Positions 1 through 9,361 of a DNA stretch of 64,000 bases are shown here, piece after piece. Positions within the stretch are counted from its first letter, which is position 1. Each line of letters opens with the position of its first letter. The DNA lies in the IMG/VR virus record IMGVR_UViG_3300030333_003802, positions 1-64,000 of that record. The stretch is one strand, 5' to 3'. The notes beneath the pieces were generated by a model. It was given only the letters and a program-made list of their open reading frames with translations, ran no database searches and was not told where the DNA came from. The stretch comes from an uncultured virus (IMG/VR IMGVR_UViG_3300030333_003802) (Duplodnaviria > Heunggongvirae > Uroviricota > Caudoviricetes). The translations under genes were made by a program, and so were the position numbers.

Positions 1-3000
1 ATCAGTAGCTAATAATGATGTAATAGTTGTTTGAGCCGCCGAAACTGCTGCAGTAATAGTTGTTCCACTATTTGTAATTCCTATTCCATCTCCACCTAAC
101 AATGAAAAGTCTGCACTACCACCAGTGTCAGAAGCTTTACTTCCAGAACCTGTATCTGTTTGGAAAGTTACTGCTGTAATGTCTCCTGAACCTGAAGCAG
201 CAACTTGAGCATCAATATAAGCTTTAATAGATTGTTGAGTTGCAAGAGCAGTAGCGCTATCAGAACTTAAATCATCTTCATCTAATATTGCTGTTACTGT
301 AGCTCCGCTTGCTAATGTTAAACTTACATTATTAGTTACTCCACCGCCGTCTGCGATTGTTATAGCAACATCTCCATCTGTATAGTCAATAGTAGCTGTT
401 TCTAAACTACCACTAGCAATATTTAAACCAGTAGAATCTATCGATACTCTTTTAGTATTGTCTGCATAAAAATTAATTGTATTTGCATCTTCAAAGTCTA
501 CTTTAGTTTGGTCATCTTCACCTATCTTTATATCAGTAGCAAGTAAAGAAGTAATTGTTGTTTGAGCTGCAGATAAAGCAAAATCAAGGTTGTCATTAGT
601 TGTATCGTATGTTACAGAAATACCAGTTTCGGTATTACTTGAAACCATATTGTTACCTACAGTATCTCTAATATAAGTAGCTAAAGCTGTTCCATCTACT
701 GTTATAGCATCGGCTTCTAAGGTTCCATCAATATCAGCATCTCCACTTATATCTAAAGTAGCTGCATCTAATTCACCTGTAATTGTAAAATTTCTTAATC
801 CAGTATAATCTTTGTTTGAGTCAAGTATAACTGCTTTAGAAGCAATAGCTGTTCCTACGGCAGTGCTTCCTAAATCTAAAGCATTTAATTCTCCTACTAC
901 AGCTGTAATTCCATCTAAGACATTTAACTCTGCAGCGGTACTTGTAACTCCGTCTAAAATATTTAACTCTGCTGCTGTACTGCTTACAGCTGTTCCATTA
1001 ATAGAAAGAGCATCTGTCTCTAAGGTACCATCAATGTCTACATCTCCTGAAACATCTAAACTTCCTGCGTCTAGTTCTCCTGTAAGCGTTATATTTCTAA
1101 AACTTCCAATATCTTTATTACTATCAACAACCACACCTAAACTTGCTGAAACTGTTCCTGCTGTCACTCCATCTAAAACATTAAGCTCTGCAGGTGTTGC
1201 TGAAATTTGAGTAGTTGAAGCTGCTGCTAATACTGGTAAAGTTCCAGATACATTTGGTAAATTTATTGTTCTGTCTGCTGTAGGGTCAACAACTGTAAGA
1301 GTAGTTTCGTACCCATCTGCTGTAGCTCCTTCAAAAACAACTGCATTTTCAGCATTCATTGTTACTGTATCTACTTGAGTTGTTGTTCCTGCTACATTTA
1401 AATTTGGAACTCTTAAAGTTCCTGTACTTGGATTATAATATAATGCACCAGTATCATCGTATAAAGCACTTGTGCTATTACCAAATACTAAATCATAATT
1501 TACATTATCTGATTTGTCAGTTATAGTTACTGTAGAAGCCAATGTAGCGTTTGCTACTGTAACTCCTGCAATAACTGTATTTAAAGCAGTTCCTCCAACG
1601 GTAATAGCATCTGCTTCAAGTGTTCCATCTATATCCGCGTCACCAGAAACGTCTAATGTTGTTAAGTCTAATTCTCCTGCTATTGTTACATTACCATCTG
1701 CTAATGTAATTAAATCTGTATCGTCTGTATGTCCAATTGTTGTTCCATTAATAACAACGTCATCTATATCTGCTAATCCTGCTGCTAATGTACCAGTAGT
1801 GGTAAATCCTGCTGCTGTAATTGTTCCAGAAGTGGAATCATTTCCACTGTTAATTAAAAATGCGTCATCTACGTTAAGTGTATCTCCACTTAAAGAAATA
1901 TTTGTTCCTGCTGATAAATTCGTATCATCGCTAATATCAATAGTTCCAAGCGTAATAGCTTGTCCACTTAATGAAAGATAATCGTGAGAACTTGTAACAA
2001 GTGTTACATTGGTGCTATTATCTGTGCCTGAAGCGTCTACGCCTAAAGTTGTTCTTGCAGCACTTGCATTTGCATCATCTACAAGACTTGCTCCAAAGGT
2101 TGATATTGTTGTACTGTTGGGTACTGTTAATGATTTTATACCATCTAAATCTGTTACCTCGCTATCCATTAATGCACCAGCAGCTGTTACATTTGTTGCG
2201 TCAGTAACGTCTGCACCTGATTCTACACTTAACGCAGACAAGACTTCAGCTACGGTTAACCCTTCTACTTCTGTTCCATCAATTCTAAGAAAATCATTAT
2301 CTGCAACTGCATCATTAGCTGTTAAAACATTTCCATCGCTAATACCTTTTGTCAAACCTTTTACAAATGCAAGGTTTGTAACTTCAGAATCCATTAACGC
2401 ACCAGCGCTTGTTACGTTTGAAGTATCTGTTACATCAGCACTTGCTTCTATTGCATCTAACTTATTTTTAAGTGTAGTTGTAAAATTATTATCTGATTGT
2501 GTAGCTACAACAAAATCTATATTACCATCTGTGTCATCGTAGGTAACAGAAATTCCTGTTTCTGTACCGTCTAACATACCTCCAACAAAATCTTCTACCT
2601 GTTCTTGTGTTAGCGTAGCACTTATTTTTGAATCTAATTGTGTTTGAATATTTGAAGTTACTCCATCTACATAATTCAATTCTGCTGTAGTAGCTGTTAC
2701 TCCGTCCATTATGTTTAATTCAGAAGCAGTTGCTGTAACGCCATCTAAAATATTTAATTCAGAGGCTGTGGCTGTTACACCATCTAAGATATTTAATTCT
2801 GCGGTAGTTGATGTTACACCATCAAGAATATTAAGTTCTGCTGTTGTAGATGTTACTCCGTCCAAAATATTTAACTCAGATGCTGTTGAAGTAACACCGT
2901 CTAGAATATTTAATTCTGAAGTAGTTGCCGTAACTCCATCTAATAAATTTATCTCTGCTGTCGTAGCAGTCACTCCATCTAATATATTTAATTCAGATAC

Positions 3001-3243
3001 AGTAATTGTTGCACCGTCTAAAATGTTTAATTCAGCAGCTGTAGAAGTAATAGCAGTACCAGCATACTGCAACGCACCTGCTGAGGATATATTAACAGCA
3101 GCGCTGCTAAGTTGTAATACACTATCTGTAGCTTCTCCATCTGATACCGTCCTTAATGTTGAGTCTATACCTGAATTACTATTTGAGACCTGAAGGAGGT
3201 CTTTATAAGTATCTTTTATTCTTGTTCCTGTTAATGTCGCCAT
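1..3243 (-). CDS. Tail fibre/spike protein of module A, >1080 aa, runs off the left edge (missing from ORF track)
   Basis: ATG at 3243 (MATLTGTRIKDTYKDLLQVSN...), frame reads open to position 1; Thr/Asp/Gly/Ser-rich with ELNILDGVT and LDISGDADIDGTLEADAI repeats; follows the neck genes. Confidence 0.85.
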   Translation of the reverse strand, partial: MATLTGTRIKDTYKDLLQVSNSNSGIDSTLRTVSDGEATDSVLQLSSAAVNISSAGALQYAGTAITSTAAELNILDGATITVSELNILDGVTATTAEINLLDGVTATTSELNILDGVTSTASELNILDGVTSTTAELNILDGVTSTTAELNILDGVTATASELNILDGVTATASELNIMDGVTATTAELNYVDGVTSNIQTQLDSKISATLTQEQVEDFVGGMLDGTETGISVTYDDTDGNIDFVVATQSDNNFTTTLKNKLDAIEASADVTDTSNVTSAGALMDSEVTNLAFVKGLTKGISDGNVLTANDAVADNDFLRIDGTEVEGLTVAEVLSALSVESGADVTDATNVTAAGALMDSEVTDLDGIKSLTVPNSTTISTFGASLVDDANASAARTTLGVDASGTDNSTNVTLVTSSHDYLSLSGQAITLGTIDISDDTNLSAGTNISLSGDTLNVDDAFLINSGNDSTSGTITAAGFTTTGTLAAGLADIDDVVINGTTIGHTDDTDLITLADGNVTIAGELDLTTLDVSGDADIDGTLEADAITVGGTALNTVIAGVTVANATLASTVTITDKSDNVNYDLVFGNSTSALYDDTGALYYNPSTGTLRVPNLNVAGTTTQVDTVTMNAENAVVFEGATADGYETTLTVVDPTADRTINLPNVSGTLPVLAAASTTQISATPAELNVLDGVTAGTVSASLGVVVDSNKDIGSFRNITLTGELDAGSLDVSGDVDIDGTLETDALSINGTAVSSTAAELNILDGVTSTAAELNVLDGITAVVGELNALDLGSTAVGTAIASKAVILDSNKDYTGLRNFTITGELDAATLDISGDADIDGTLEADAITVDGTALATYIRDTVGNNMVSSNTETGISVTYDTTNDNLDFALSAAQTTITSLLATDIKIGEDDQTKVDFEDANTINFYADNTKRVSIDSTGLNIASGSLETATIDYTDGDVAITIADGGGVTNNVSLTLASGATVTAILDEDDLSSDSATALATQQSIKAYIDAQVAASGSGDITAVTFQTDTGSGSKASDTGGSADFSLLGGDGIGITNSGTTITAAVSAAQTTITSLLATD
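2657..3050 (-). repeat. About 10 tandem 39-bp coding repeats (13-aa unit [A/S]ELNILDGVT[S/A]T[T/A])
   Basis: Read directly; further copies at about 870-990 and 1160-1200. Confidence 0.9.
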
Positions 3244-3246
3244 TTT

Positions 3247-3699
3247 TTACCTCAAATCTGCTGGAACAATTGCTCTTGTTCCTCCTGTTTTATCATTCTT
3301 CTTCATACCGTATTTTCTTATCCCTTCTTTATAATTAGCCAAAAATTGTTGTGCCATTTGTGCTTTTATAGCAGACATATTTGGGTCTGAAGCTTTTGCT
3401 GCTGCATCTAATAACAAATGTCCTTTCACAAAATCTATTAACAAGGGCTGTAAAACATTGTCTAAATCAATAGTACTTGTTATAGAACTAACTGCATCAG
3501 GCTCTGCATAATAAGAAATTAATATACCATTAGCTATATAATCTGAACCTGAACCTATAATAGCTGCCTTATATTTACCTTTAGCAGTTTCTGTAGTTCC
3601 TCCATCTCCATCTGTTGTGGCTATTGCTAATTTATCTCCTTCAACCCACCATACAAAGGTGTCTGAAGGGTCTGTATATGTACTACTTACTGCTGCCAT
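3247..3699 (-). CDS. Putative neck/head-tail connector protein A3 (paralog of 54585-55049)
   Basis: IANGILISYYAEP vs ITNGLRIEYTAIEKP; similar C-terminal helix; same gene position. Confidence 0.55.
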   Translation of the reverse strand: MAAVSSTYTDPSDTFVWWVEGDKLAIATTDGDGGTTETAKGKYKAAIIGSGSDYIANGILISYYAEPDAVSSITSTIDLDNVLQPLLIDFVKGHLLLDAAAKASDPNMSAIKAQMAQQFLANYKEGIRKYGMKKNDKTGGTRAIVPADLR

Positions 3700-3702
3700 T
3701 TT

Positions 3703-4008
3703 TTACTCCGTGTCTGTTATTTTAATTTCTTGGTTAGTTAATCTAGCAATCTGTATATATTCACTGTCAGAATTTAAGATACTTACTCTAAAGACTTTAT
3801 TCACAGTAATATCTCTATCATCATCTAATCCATACCAAAGTTGGTCATTAACTAAATTTGTTTTACCATATTCCATTTTTGTAGCATATTTGCCCATATC
3901 TGATAAACATTGGTTTACAAGGTTTAGCACATATGTTTCGTTAGCATCAGGAACTGCTTGTCTTACTCTGCTTAATATTTCTCTTAAGCTAAATTCTATT
4001 GCTGCCAT
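3703..4008 (-). CDS. Putative neck/adaptor protein A2 (paralog of 55046-55324); start revised to 4008
   Basis: GGAGG RBS before MAAIEF; LREILSR..RVSILNSDSEYIQIARL vs VLEIMER..SVSVLDTEDDNKYKKIRRL. Confidence 0.55.
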   Translation of the reverse strand: MAAIEFSLREILSRVRQAVPDANETYVLNLVNQCLSDMGKYATKMEYGKTNLVNDQLWYGLDDDRDITVNKVFRVSILNSDSEYIQIARLTNQEIKITDTE

Positions 4009-4178
4009 TATAGGTCCTCCCAATTGTCTGTTACATCTTCCCAAGCCATATTGAATGATGCCCACTTTGAAAAAGAGGTAAACACTTCAGCCCAAGCTGA
4101 ACCTATAGAAGATAAAGCTTGCTCTGACCAAGATGTACTTGGAGAAATACTTTGTTTTGTCCAATTAGTTTTAGTCAT
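4008..4178 (-). CDS. 56-aa Trp-rich small protein (not in ORF track)
   Basis: MTKTNWTKQSISPSTSWSEQALSSIGSAWAEVFTSFSKWASFNMAWEDVTDNWEDL; fills the gap, its stop overlaps the next start (TAATG). Confidence 0.65.
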   Translation of the reverse strand: MTKTNWTKQSISPSTSWSEQALSSIGSAWAEVFTSFSKWASFNMAWEDVTDNWEDL

Positions 4179-4179
4179 C

Positions 4180-4680
4180 TTATACGCCTGCTACTAAGAC
4201 ATTAACTGTTGCTTCGTGAGTTCCGTCAGTATAAGCACCTGCTAGTATTTTAACGTCAGCAATAGCTTCTCCCATTTCCATAGGAATGACTACTGCTTGA
4301 CCTGGGTCTAATACTGCGAATATTTCACCACTTACTGTAATTGATATAGTTCCTGGTGAACCAAGTGCACTAACGTATTCTACTGCCACAACGTGAACTG
4401 TAGCTGGTAATGTTCCTGCTGTCACAGCAGACAATTCTGTCCAGTCTGAGTTATCTAACCCATCTGCACTACTTGCCTCTGAAACAACTGCATTACTCCA
4501 ATAAGCTACGTCTGATGTACTATATTCTTGATTCATAGTATAGCTTCCGCCCCAACTTCTTTGTCCTGAAAAGACATCTAAAGCATAGTTTGTGTAATCT
4601 CCAGCTGCACCACCGTCGTTTGCAACGCTTACGTCATTAACAATCTGAACTGATGTTTGTACTCTAATTTCGTTTGCCAT
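4180..4680 (-). CDS. Acidic beta-rich putative virion protein
   Basis: ORF with RBS inside the structural operon. Confidence 0.5.
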   Translation of the reverse strand: MANEIRVQTSVQIVNDVSVANDGGAAGDYTNYALDVFSGQRSWGGSYTMNQEYSTSDVAYWSNAVVSEASSADGLDNSDWTELSAVTAGTLPATVHVVAVEYVSALGSPGTISITVSGEIFAVLDPGQAVVIPMEMGEAIADVKILAGAYTDGTHEATVNVLVAGV

Positions 4681-4689
4681 TATGTTTCC

Positions 4690-6525
4690 TTATTGTTTAT
4701 TTAATTGCCCTTGTAAGGACTGTAAAAATTCTTTATATTGAGCATCAATTATTTGATACTGCTGTCCGTACCAAGTATATTTAGCTGTATCTTTTTGTAA
4801 ATTAGCGTTATATTCTTGAACTTCTTTACTAACATTTGCTCCATAAGCCTGAAGCTCTGCTCCGTACTTAGCCATTATGTTATTATTGTCTTGTATTTTA
4901 GCTTGCATATTTTGAGCTGAATTTTGTAATGCTAAAGCTTGGTCAGCTGCTTTGTTTGCCAAATCAACATTGGTAGATTGCTGTGCTGTTTGTTGAGCAT
5001 CAGCTGCATCTATTTGAGCCTGTGTTATAGCTTTTTGTAAATCAGAATTATGTTTTTGTGCTTCTGCAGCTATGTTTGCTTGATATCTTACATTCTCTTT
5101 ATTAAACTCATTTAATTCATTTTGTATATCTGCTTGATATTGTTGAAGTTCTACGCTAGTTCTTGCTTGGTATAATGTTAATTCTTTTTGTGTGTTTTGC
5201 TGATATTCAGCTATTTCTTTGTTTACATTTTGTTGATATAAACCTAATTCTTGTTGAAACTTTGCTAAAAGACTATTATTATTATTAATAATTTCTTGCA
5301 TATTATTTACAGCATTTTGAAGGTTAAGCTCCTGGTCTTTAGCTTTGTTTGCAATATCAACATTAGTAGCGTTTTGTGAATCTTGTTGAGCTTTTGCCAA
5401 ATCAATCCTAGCTTGTTCAAGAACTTTTTGTTGGTCAGCTTGAAATTTTGAAATAGCTTCTTGAAATTCTGTTTGATATATTGAATTTTCTTTATTAAAC
5501 TGAGCTTGAGACTCACTTAATCTTGCTTGATATTCAGAAATCTCATTGTTTAATCTTCCTAATTGTATTTGAGCTAACTCTGAATCTTCATCTGTTTCTA
5601 AAAATGTTTCAAATTGCGATGTATCCACAGTTAAAACTGGAGGAGTAAATGTTGGAGCACTTCCAGAAACATTTATTTCACTAGGAACGGTGCCAAATGT
5701 TACAGTTGACATATCTTCAGCAAAGGCTGATTGATTGCTAGCGTCCGCGTATGTAACAGTTGCTATACTTGGAACACTAGGAGCGCTTGCGCTTATGCTT
5801 AAATCTGATATGGCTACGCTACTTAAACTTAATGTAGGTTTTGTATATGATGGAACATCTCCACTTATATCTGCTTTGCTAACACTTCCTACAGTAATAT
5901 CTCCCACAGCAGTTGCAGTTGCGTCAGCATTTGTTGCATCGCTATAACTTACTGTTGATAAAGTTGGTGCTACTGGAACTGTTGAGGAAATAGATAATGC
6001 TGACAAAGAAACATTAACATCATTCATTAATCTTTGAATGCCATTTCTTGCTGCATATAAAACTACAGCTGGCTCTGCTTCGTCAGGAAAATTTGTTATA
6101 GAACTGTCATCATAAGTTACTGCTGAAAAGTCAAGACTTATATGAACTAATGACATATCGTTCGTAGAAGCGCTTGTAGGAAATACTTGTAAAGTATCTC
6201 CATCCATCCAATAAGCAGGGTCACTTGTTGTAGCATATTCCATATTACTTGAATCTTGTATAATACCTTTTTTAGTTGGAGCTACTTTTCTACAAGGTGT
6301 TAAATAAGAACTGTTTCCAGCATCTTTTCTTAAAACACCTAATACTTTCTTACCCTCAACGTCAATTGTATTTTCAAAAACAGTTGTTGAAGCTACTTCC
6401 TCAAGCCTTGTTTGTGGTATAAAATTAATAACTTCTTTACAACCATCTTGCAACCAACTGCTAATAGCAGTAGTGTCGCCTATGCTTCCTGTTAAGTCTT
6501 CTACTTGTACTTGAAATGTTGCCAT
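4690..6525 (-). CDS. Putative head-completion/neck protein A1 with long Gln/Asn-rich helical extension (paralog of 55327-56394)
   Basis: EPAVVLYAA vs ENVALLYAA; TDEDSELA vs QDEDPEIA; internal duplications. Confidence 0.6.
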   Translation of the reverse strand: MATFQVQVEDLTGSIGDTTAISSWLQDGCKEVINFIPQTRLEEVASTTVFENTIDVEGKKVLGVLRKDAGNSSYLTPCRKVAPTKKGIIQDSSNMEYATTSDPAYWMDGDTLQVFPTSASTNDMSLVHISLDFSAVTYDDSSITNFPDEAEPAVVLYAARNGIQRLMNDVNVSLSALSISSTVPVAPTLSTVSYSDATNADATATAVGDITVGSVSKADISGDVPSYTKPTLSLSSVAISDLSISASAPSVPSIATVTYADASNQSAFAEDMSTVTFGTVPSEINVSGSAPTFTPPVLTVDTSQFETFLETDEDSELAQIQLGRLNNEISEYQARLSESQAQFNKENSIYQTEFQEAISKFQADQQKVLEQARIDLAKAQQDSQNATNVDIANKAKDQELNLQNAVNNMQEIINNNNSLLAKFQQELGLYQQNVNKEIAEYQQNTQKELTLYQARTSVELQQYQADIQNELNEFNKENVRYQANIAAEAQKHNSDLQKAITQAQIDAADAQQTAQQSTNVDLANKAADQALALQNSAQNMQAKIQDNNNIMAKYGAELQAYGANVSKEVQEYNANLQKDTAKYTWYGQQYQIIDAQYKEFLQSLQGQLNKQ

Positions 6526-6698
6526 TACTTACCTTGTCCTCTATATGCTTTTTTGTATTTTTTTAAACTCTTTGAAGAAACAAACATATGACTAGTGTCT
6601 GGAATAGTTCCAAACCTAGTATGCTTACTTTCTCCTTGCCTTGTTTTCTTTAAAGTTTTTTTCTTTAAAGAAACATTGCTAAATAACCTTCTTCTCAT
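6525..6698 (-). CDS. 57-aa highly basic protein (not in ORF track)
   Basis: MRRRLFSNVSLKKKTLKKTRQGESKH...KKYKKAYRGQGK; stop overlaps next ATG. Confidence 0.65.
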   Translation of the reverse strand: MRRRLFSNVSLKKKTLKKTRQGESKHTRFGTIPDTSHMFVSSKSLKKYKKAYRGQGK

Positions 6699-6758
6699 TT
6701 ATTTTCTTTTTTTAGGTCTTCCTACTTTTTTACCGTATGTTCCTTCACCTCTTGGCAT
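6699..6758 (-). CDS. 19-aa basic micro-protein MPRGEGTYGKKVGRPKKRK
   Basis: AGGAG RBS upstream; tiles exactly between neighbours; AT-hook-like GRP core. Confidence 0.6.
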   Translation of the reverse strand: MPRGEGTYGKKVGRPKKRK

Positions 6759-6760
6759 AG

Positions 6761-7027
6761 TTAACTCCTATCGTCCCATTTAATATGTTTTTTATATAAA
6801 GCTTTTTTATCATCCGCTTTCTTCTTTTGACCTCTTTTAATGTGTTCATCCATTGAGATTGAACTAAAATCTATTTGGTCTTTTCTAATCGCTGTTGCCC
6901 AAGGGCTATTTTCCCTTACAACAAACTGAGTACTCCACGCTGGTGGATGTGCTCTTTGTCCGCAAGAGGGACAATTAAAAAATCCCTCTGGGTTAGGCTC
7001 ACTACAATGCTGACAACTTTTAGCCAT
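6761..7027 (-). CDS. Small Zn-ribbon protein
   Basis: CQHC...CPSC. Confidence 0.6.
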   Translation of the reverse strand: MAKSCQHCSEPNPEGFFNCPSCGQRAHPPAWSTQFVVRENSPWATAIRKDQIDFSSISMDEHIKRGQKKKADDKKALYKKHIKWDDRS

Positions 7028-7224
7028 TATCCTTTATGAACAATAATGTAAGCAATTCTACTGCTATCAAGCTTTACTGCTTGTATGTCAACTATAGCTC
7101 CATCACTATCATCTAAGTCTTGGATGTAGTCATTAATTTCTTTAGCCAAAGAACCAGAAACTGAATCTGCTTTTGGGCTTATATCATTAATGATAACTTT
7201 TGTAGTTGTATTGTAATTAGCCAT
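7027..7224 (-). CDS. Hypothetical protein
   Basis: RBS, operon tiling. Confidence 0.6.
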   Translation of the reverse strand: MANYNTTTKVIINDISPKADSVSGSLAKEINDYIQDLDDSDGAIVDIQAVKLDSSRIAYIIVHKG

Positions 7225-7236
7225 TTTTTTCTCCTA

Positions 7237-7452
7237 TTATTTCTTATAAACTTTTTCTGCTCCAGCTATACCGAAGCTTCCTAATGTTACCCAGACAAAT
7301 GAATTATATACATTGTCGTTGATAACTAAATCTTGTCCCATTAATCCTGTCACTAAATCAACGATTCCAAACATAACCATAACAGCAAAAGAAATAAATC
7401 CAATGATTGCTTTTTCGTTGTATTCGTTTTCGTCTTTAAATATTTTCCACAT
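7237..7452 (-). CDS. 71-aa two-TM membrane protein, possibly holin-like; close paralog at 62600-62815
   Basis: Two hydrophobic segments, basic C-terminus. Confidence 0.65.
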   Translation of the reverse strand: MWKIFKDENEYNEKAIIGFISFAVMVMFGIVDLVTGLMGQDLVINDNVYNSFVWVTLGSFGIAGAEKVYKK

Positions 7453-7462
7453 AATTTTTTCC

Positions 7463-7533
7463 TTTTGGATTTCGGGGTTACACCTTTATACGAATAACCC
7501 CACAGTTCCAAAACTGTTAATCCTCACGGATTA
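7463..7533 (-). other. Two RNA hairpins downstream of module A capsid genes
   Basis: AATCC-GTGA-GGATT (GNRA loop), then TTTTGGA..GGGGTTA/TAACCCC..TCCAAAA stem. Confidence 0.6.
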
Positions 7534-7535
7534 GT

Positions 7536-7964
7536 TTATGATATAGTCATATGGTCGTTATCGTGTTGTTGTCCACTTACATAGTAGTTAGAACCATCAC
7601 ACACTAACTCTGCCCAATCACCAACTGCTGCTCCAGAAGCCCAAACTAATTCATCAACTCCTGATTCTGCAGATTCTCCACCTGAAGAGTCTGCTGAACC
7701 AATCATACCAATTAAGGTATCTTCAGCTGAATTAGGGATTACTTTTACTGCATTTGATGCTGCTTCTGTAAGAATGAATTTTGCATTCCAACCTGGACCA
7801 GCTGTAGCTGCTAAAGGTAAAGTAATGCTATAAGCAGAATCCTGCTGTATGCAAAATACTGTACCTGAGTCAGCTGCTGTTAAGGTTAAAGCTGCGTTAA
7901 CAACTTTTACTTTCTTTCTTACGTCCGATACGCCACTATTAGGTTCTAAGTATGCACTTCTCAT
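7536..7964 (-). CDS. Putative capsid decoration/cement protein; start revised to 7964
   Basis: Directly after major capsid gene; LTAADSG..ITLPLAA..GWNAKFI beta-rich motif. Confidence 0.55.
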   Translation of the reverse strand: MRSAYLEPNSGVSDVRKKVKVVNAALTLTAADSGTVFCIQQDSAYSITLPLAATAGPGWNAKFILTEAASNAVKVIPNSAEDTLIGMIGSADSSGGESAESGVDELVWASGAAVGDWAELVCDGSNYYVSGQQHDNDHMTIS

Positions 7965-7965
7965 T

Positions 7966-9339
7966 TTAGATTCCCTCCACGTTATATAAAGCGTGAGATT
8001 CTGGTAATGTGATTTCAAGACCTGCTTCTGTAAGAATCATATCTTTTCTCAAATCTTCGTCTGACGCCTGAACGTTAGTCATAATTTGAGTATCACGATT
8101 TAAACCATTACCTACTAACGGTCTGTATGCTAATTTGCTCATATCAGCCATTAACATAAATCCGCTCGCAATACCTCTAAATAGAGGTTCTTTAACTAAG
8201 TATAGTGACCCGTGAACAGTGTTAATTTCCATTAGTCTATGACCAAAAGAACCAGCTACGTCATCATTTAATCTAAATGGAGAATACTGATATCCCATTG
8301 AATTATCAAGGAAATTAGAGTTACCCATTTTGTTAAAGTATGAAATAACAGGTAAAGAAGCAAGACATAGTCTTTCGCTTGAACCGCCTCTAGCAGGGTC
8401 AAAGATTACTTCCATATCTGATAATAGTCTGTCATATGTTAACTCTGATGTAGCTAATGTTCTGTTATAAGCTTTTCCAGAAGAATAGCTTAAAGCTGCA
8501 TCTGCATCACTAGGGCTAACGTTTTTAACAATGTTACCAACAAGACCTTCAGTGTACTGAATGCCATCGTTGGTTCGTGCTTTTTGACCAAAGAGCATAG
8601 CTCTTTCAATGTCAACTTTGTGTTCACGTAGTTTTTGAGCCCAAATTCTATCGAACTCGTTTGAATAGCCACGATGTCTTGTAGCTATTGCTGTGTTTGT
8701 CATCTCACAAGCTGTTTTAAAGATTTGAGTGTACCCAAAATTATCATCTAGTGTATCTGAGAAAGTGTCAGGTGAACCTGTTCCTTCTGCATATGATGTA
8801 CCAACTATTTGACATTTTGAATTGTTAGGTATTGTTGCATACCCGTCTACACCTGAATTTGATAGGTCAATTACTTTACCTGTAAATGAGGTAGAAGCAC
8901 TTCCTACTACTGGTGCTGACTCAACTCTAACCAAGACCTGTGAATAACCGTCGTCATTTGCGTCATTAGTTCTGACTGCAAATACCATTCCTTTTACAAG
9001 GAAGCCAATTGCTGTACCGCTATCAACATCAACTGTGAAGTCGTGTGATTCGTTAGCAGCAACAGCACTACCACCGTTTACGGCTGCAGCTGTATCAAAA
9101 GTTCTTGAAGTCCAATTAGTAACAGTTCTGTTTTCTAAAAAACGGAAAATGTTATCATCTGTTGGTACTTTAGCAACTTTAGATAAGTAGACGAAAAAAG
9201 GTGATTCCTCTGGCATAAGTTCTGCAACTCTATCAGAGAAATCATACAGCTTTCTTTGGTCTGGAGCTGTTCCGTAACCTGCGCTAGTTGAAGCTGCGGT
9301 TATATCTGACGCTTTTAGTATATTTTGATTATACGCCAT
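7966..9339 (-). CDS. Major capsid protein A (HK97 fold, SU10/DUF5309-like)
   Basis: After portal and scaffold; ESPFF, GYTQIFKT, EHKVDIERAMLFG, DMILTEAGLE motifs. Confidence 0.85.
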   Translation of the reverse strand: MAYNQNILKASDITAASTSAGYGTAPDQRKLYDFSDRVAELMPEESPFFVYLSKVAKVPTDDNIFRFLENRTVTNWTSRTFDTAAAVNGGSAVAANESHDFTVDVDSGTAIGFLVKGMVFAVRTNDANDDGYSQVLVRVESAPVVGSASTSFTGKVIDLSNSGVDGYATIPNNSKCQIVGTSYAEGTGSPDTFSDTLDDNFGYTQIFKTACEMTNTAIATRHRGYSNEFDRIWAQKLREHKVDIERAMLFGQKARTNDGIQYTEGLVGNIVKNVSPSDADAALSYSSGKAYNRTLATSELTYDRLLSDMEVIFDPARGGSSERLCLASLPVISYFNKMGNSNFLDNSMGYQYSPFRLNDDVAGSFGHRLMEINTVHGSLYLVKEPLFRGIASGFMLMADMSKLAYRPLVGNGLNRDTQIMTNVQASDEDLRKDMILTEAGLEITLPESHALYNVEGI

Positions 9340-9361
9340 TTGTTTTAGTCTCCTAAGTTAT

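Noticed and set aside
2657..3050. 39-bp periodic repeats as a CRISPR array
   Set aside because: No unique spacers; variation mostly at codon third positions within an open frame
812..3193. Plus-strand ORFs 812-1210, 1514-1981, 2009-2542, 2711-3193 (and similar at 50045-53754)
   Set aside because: Antisense shadows of minus-strand tail fibre genes; no RBS, and they mirror the coding repeats
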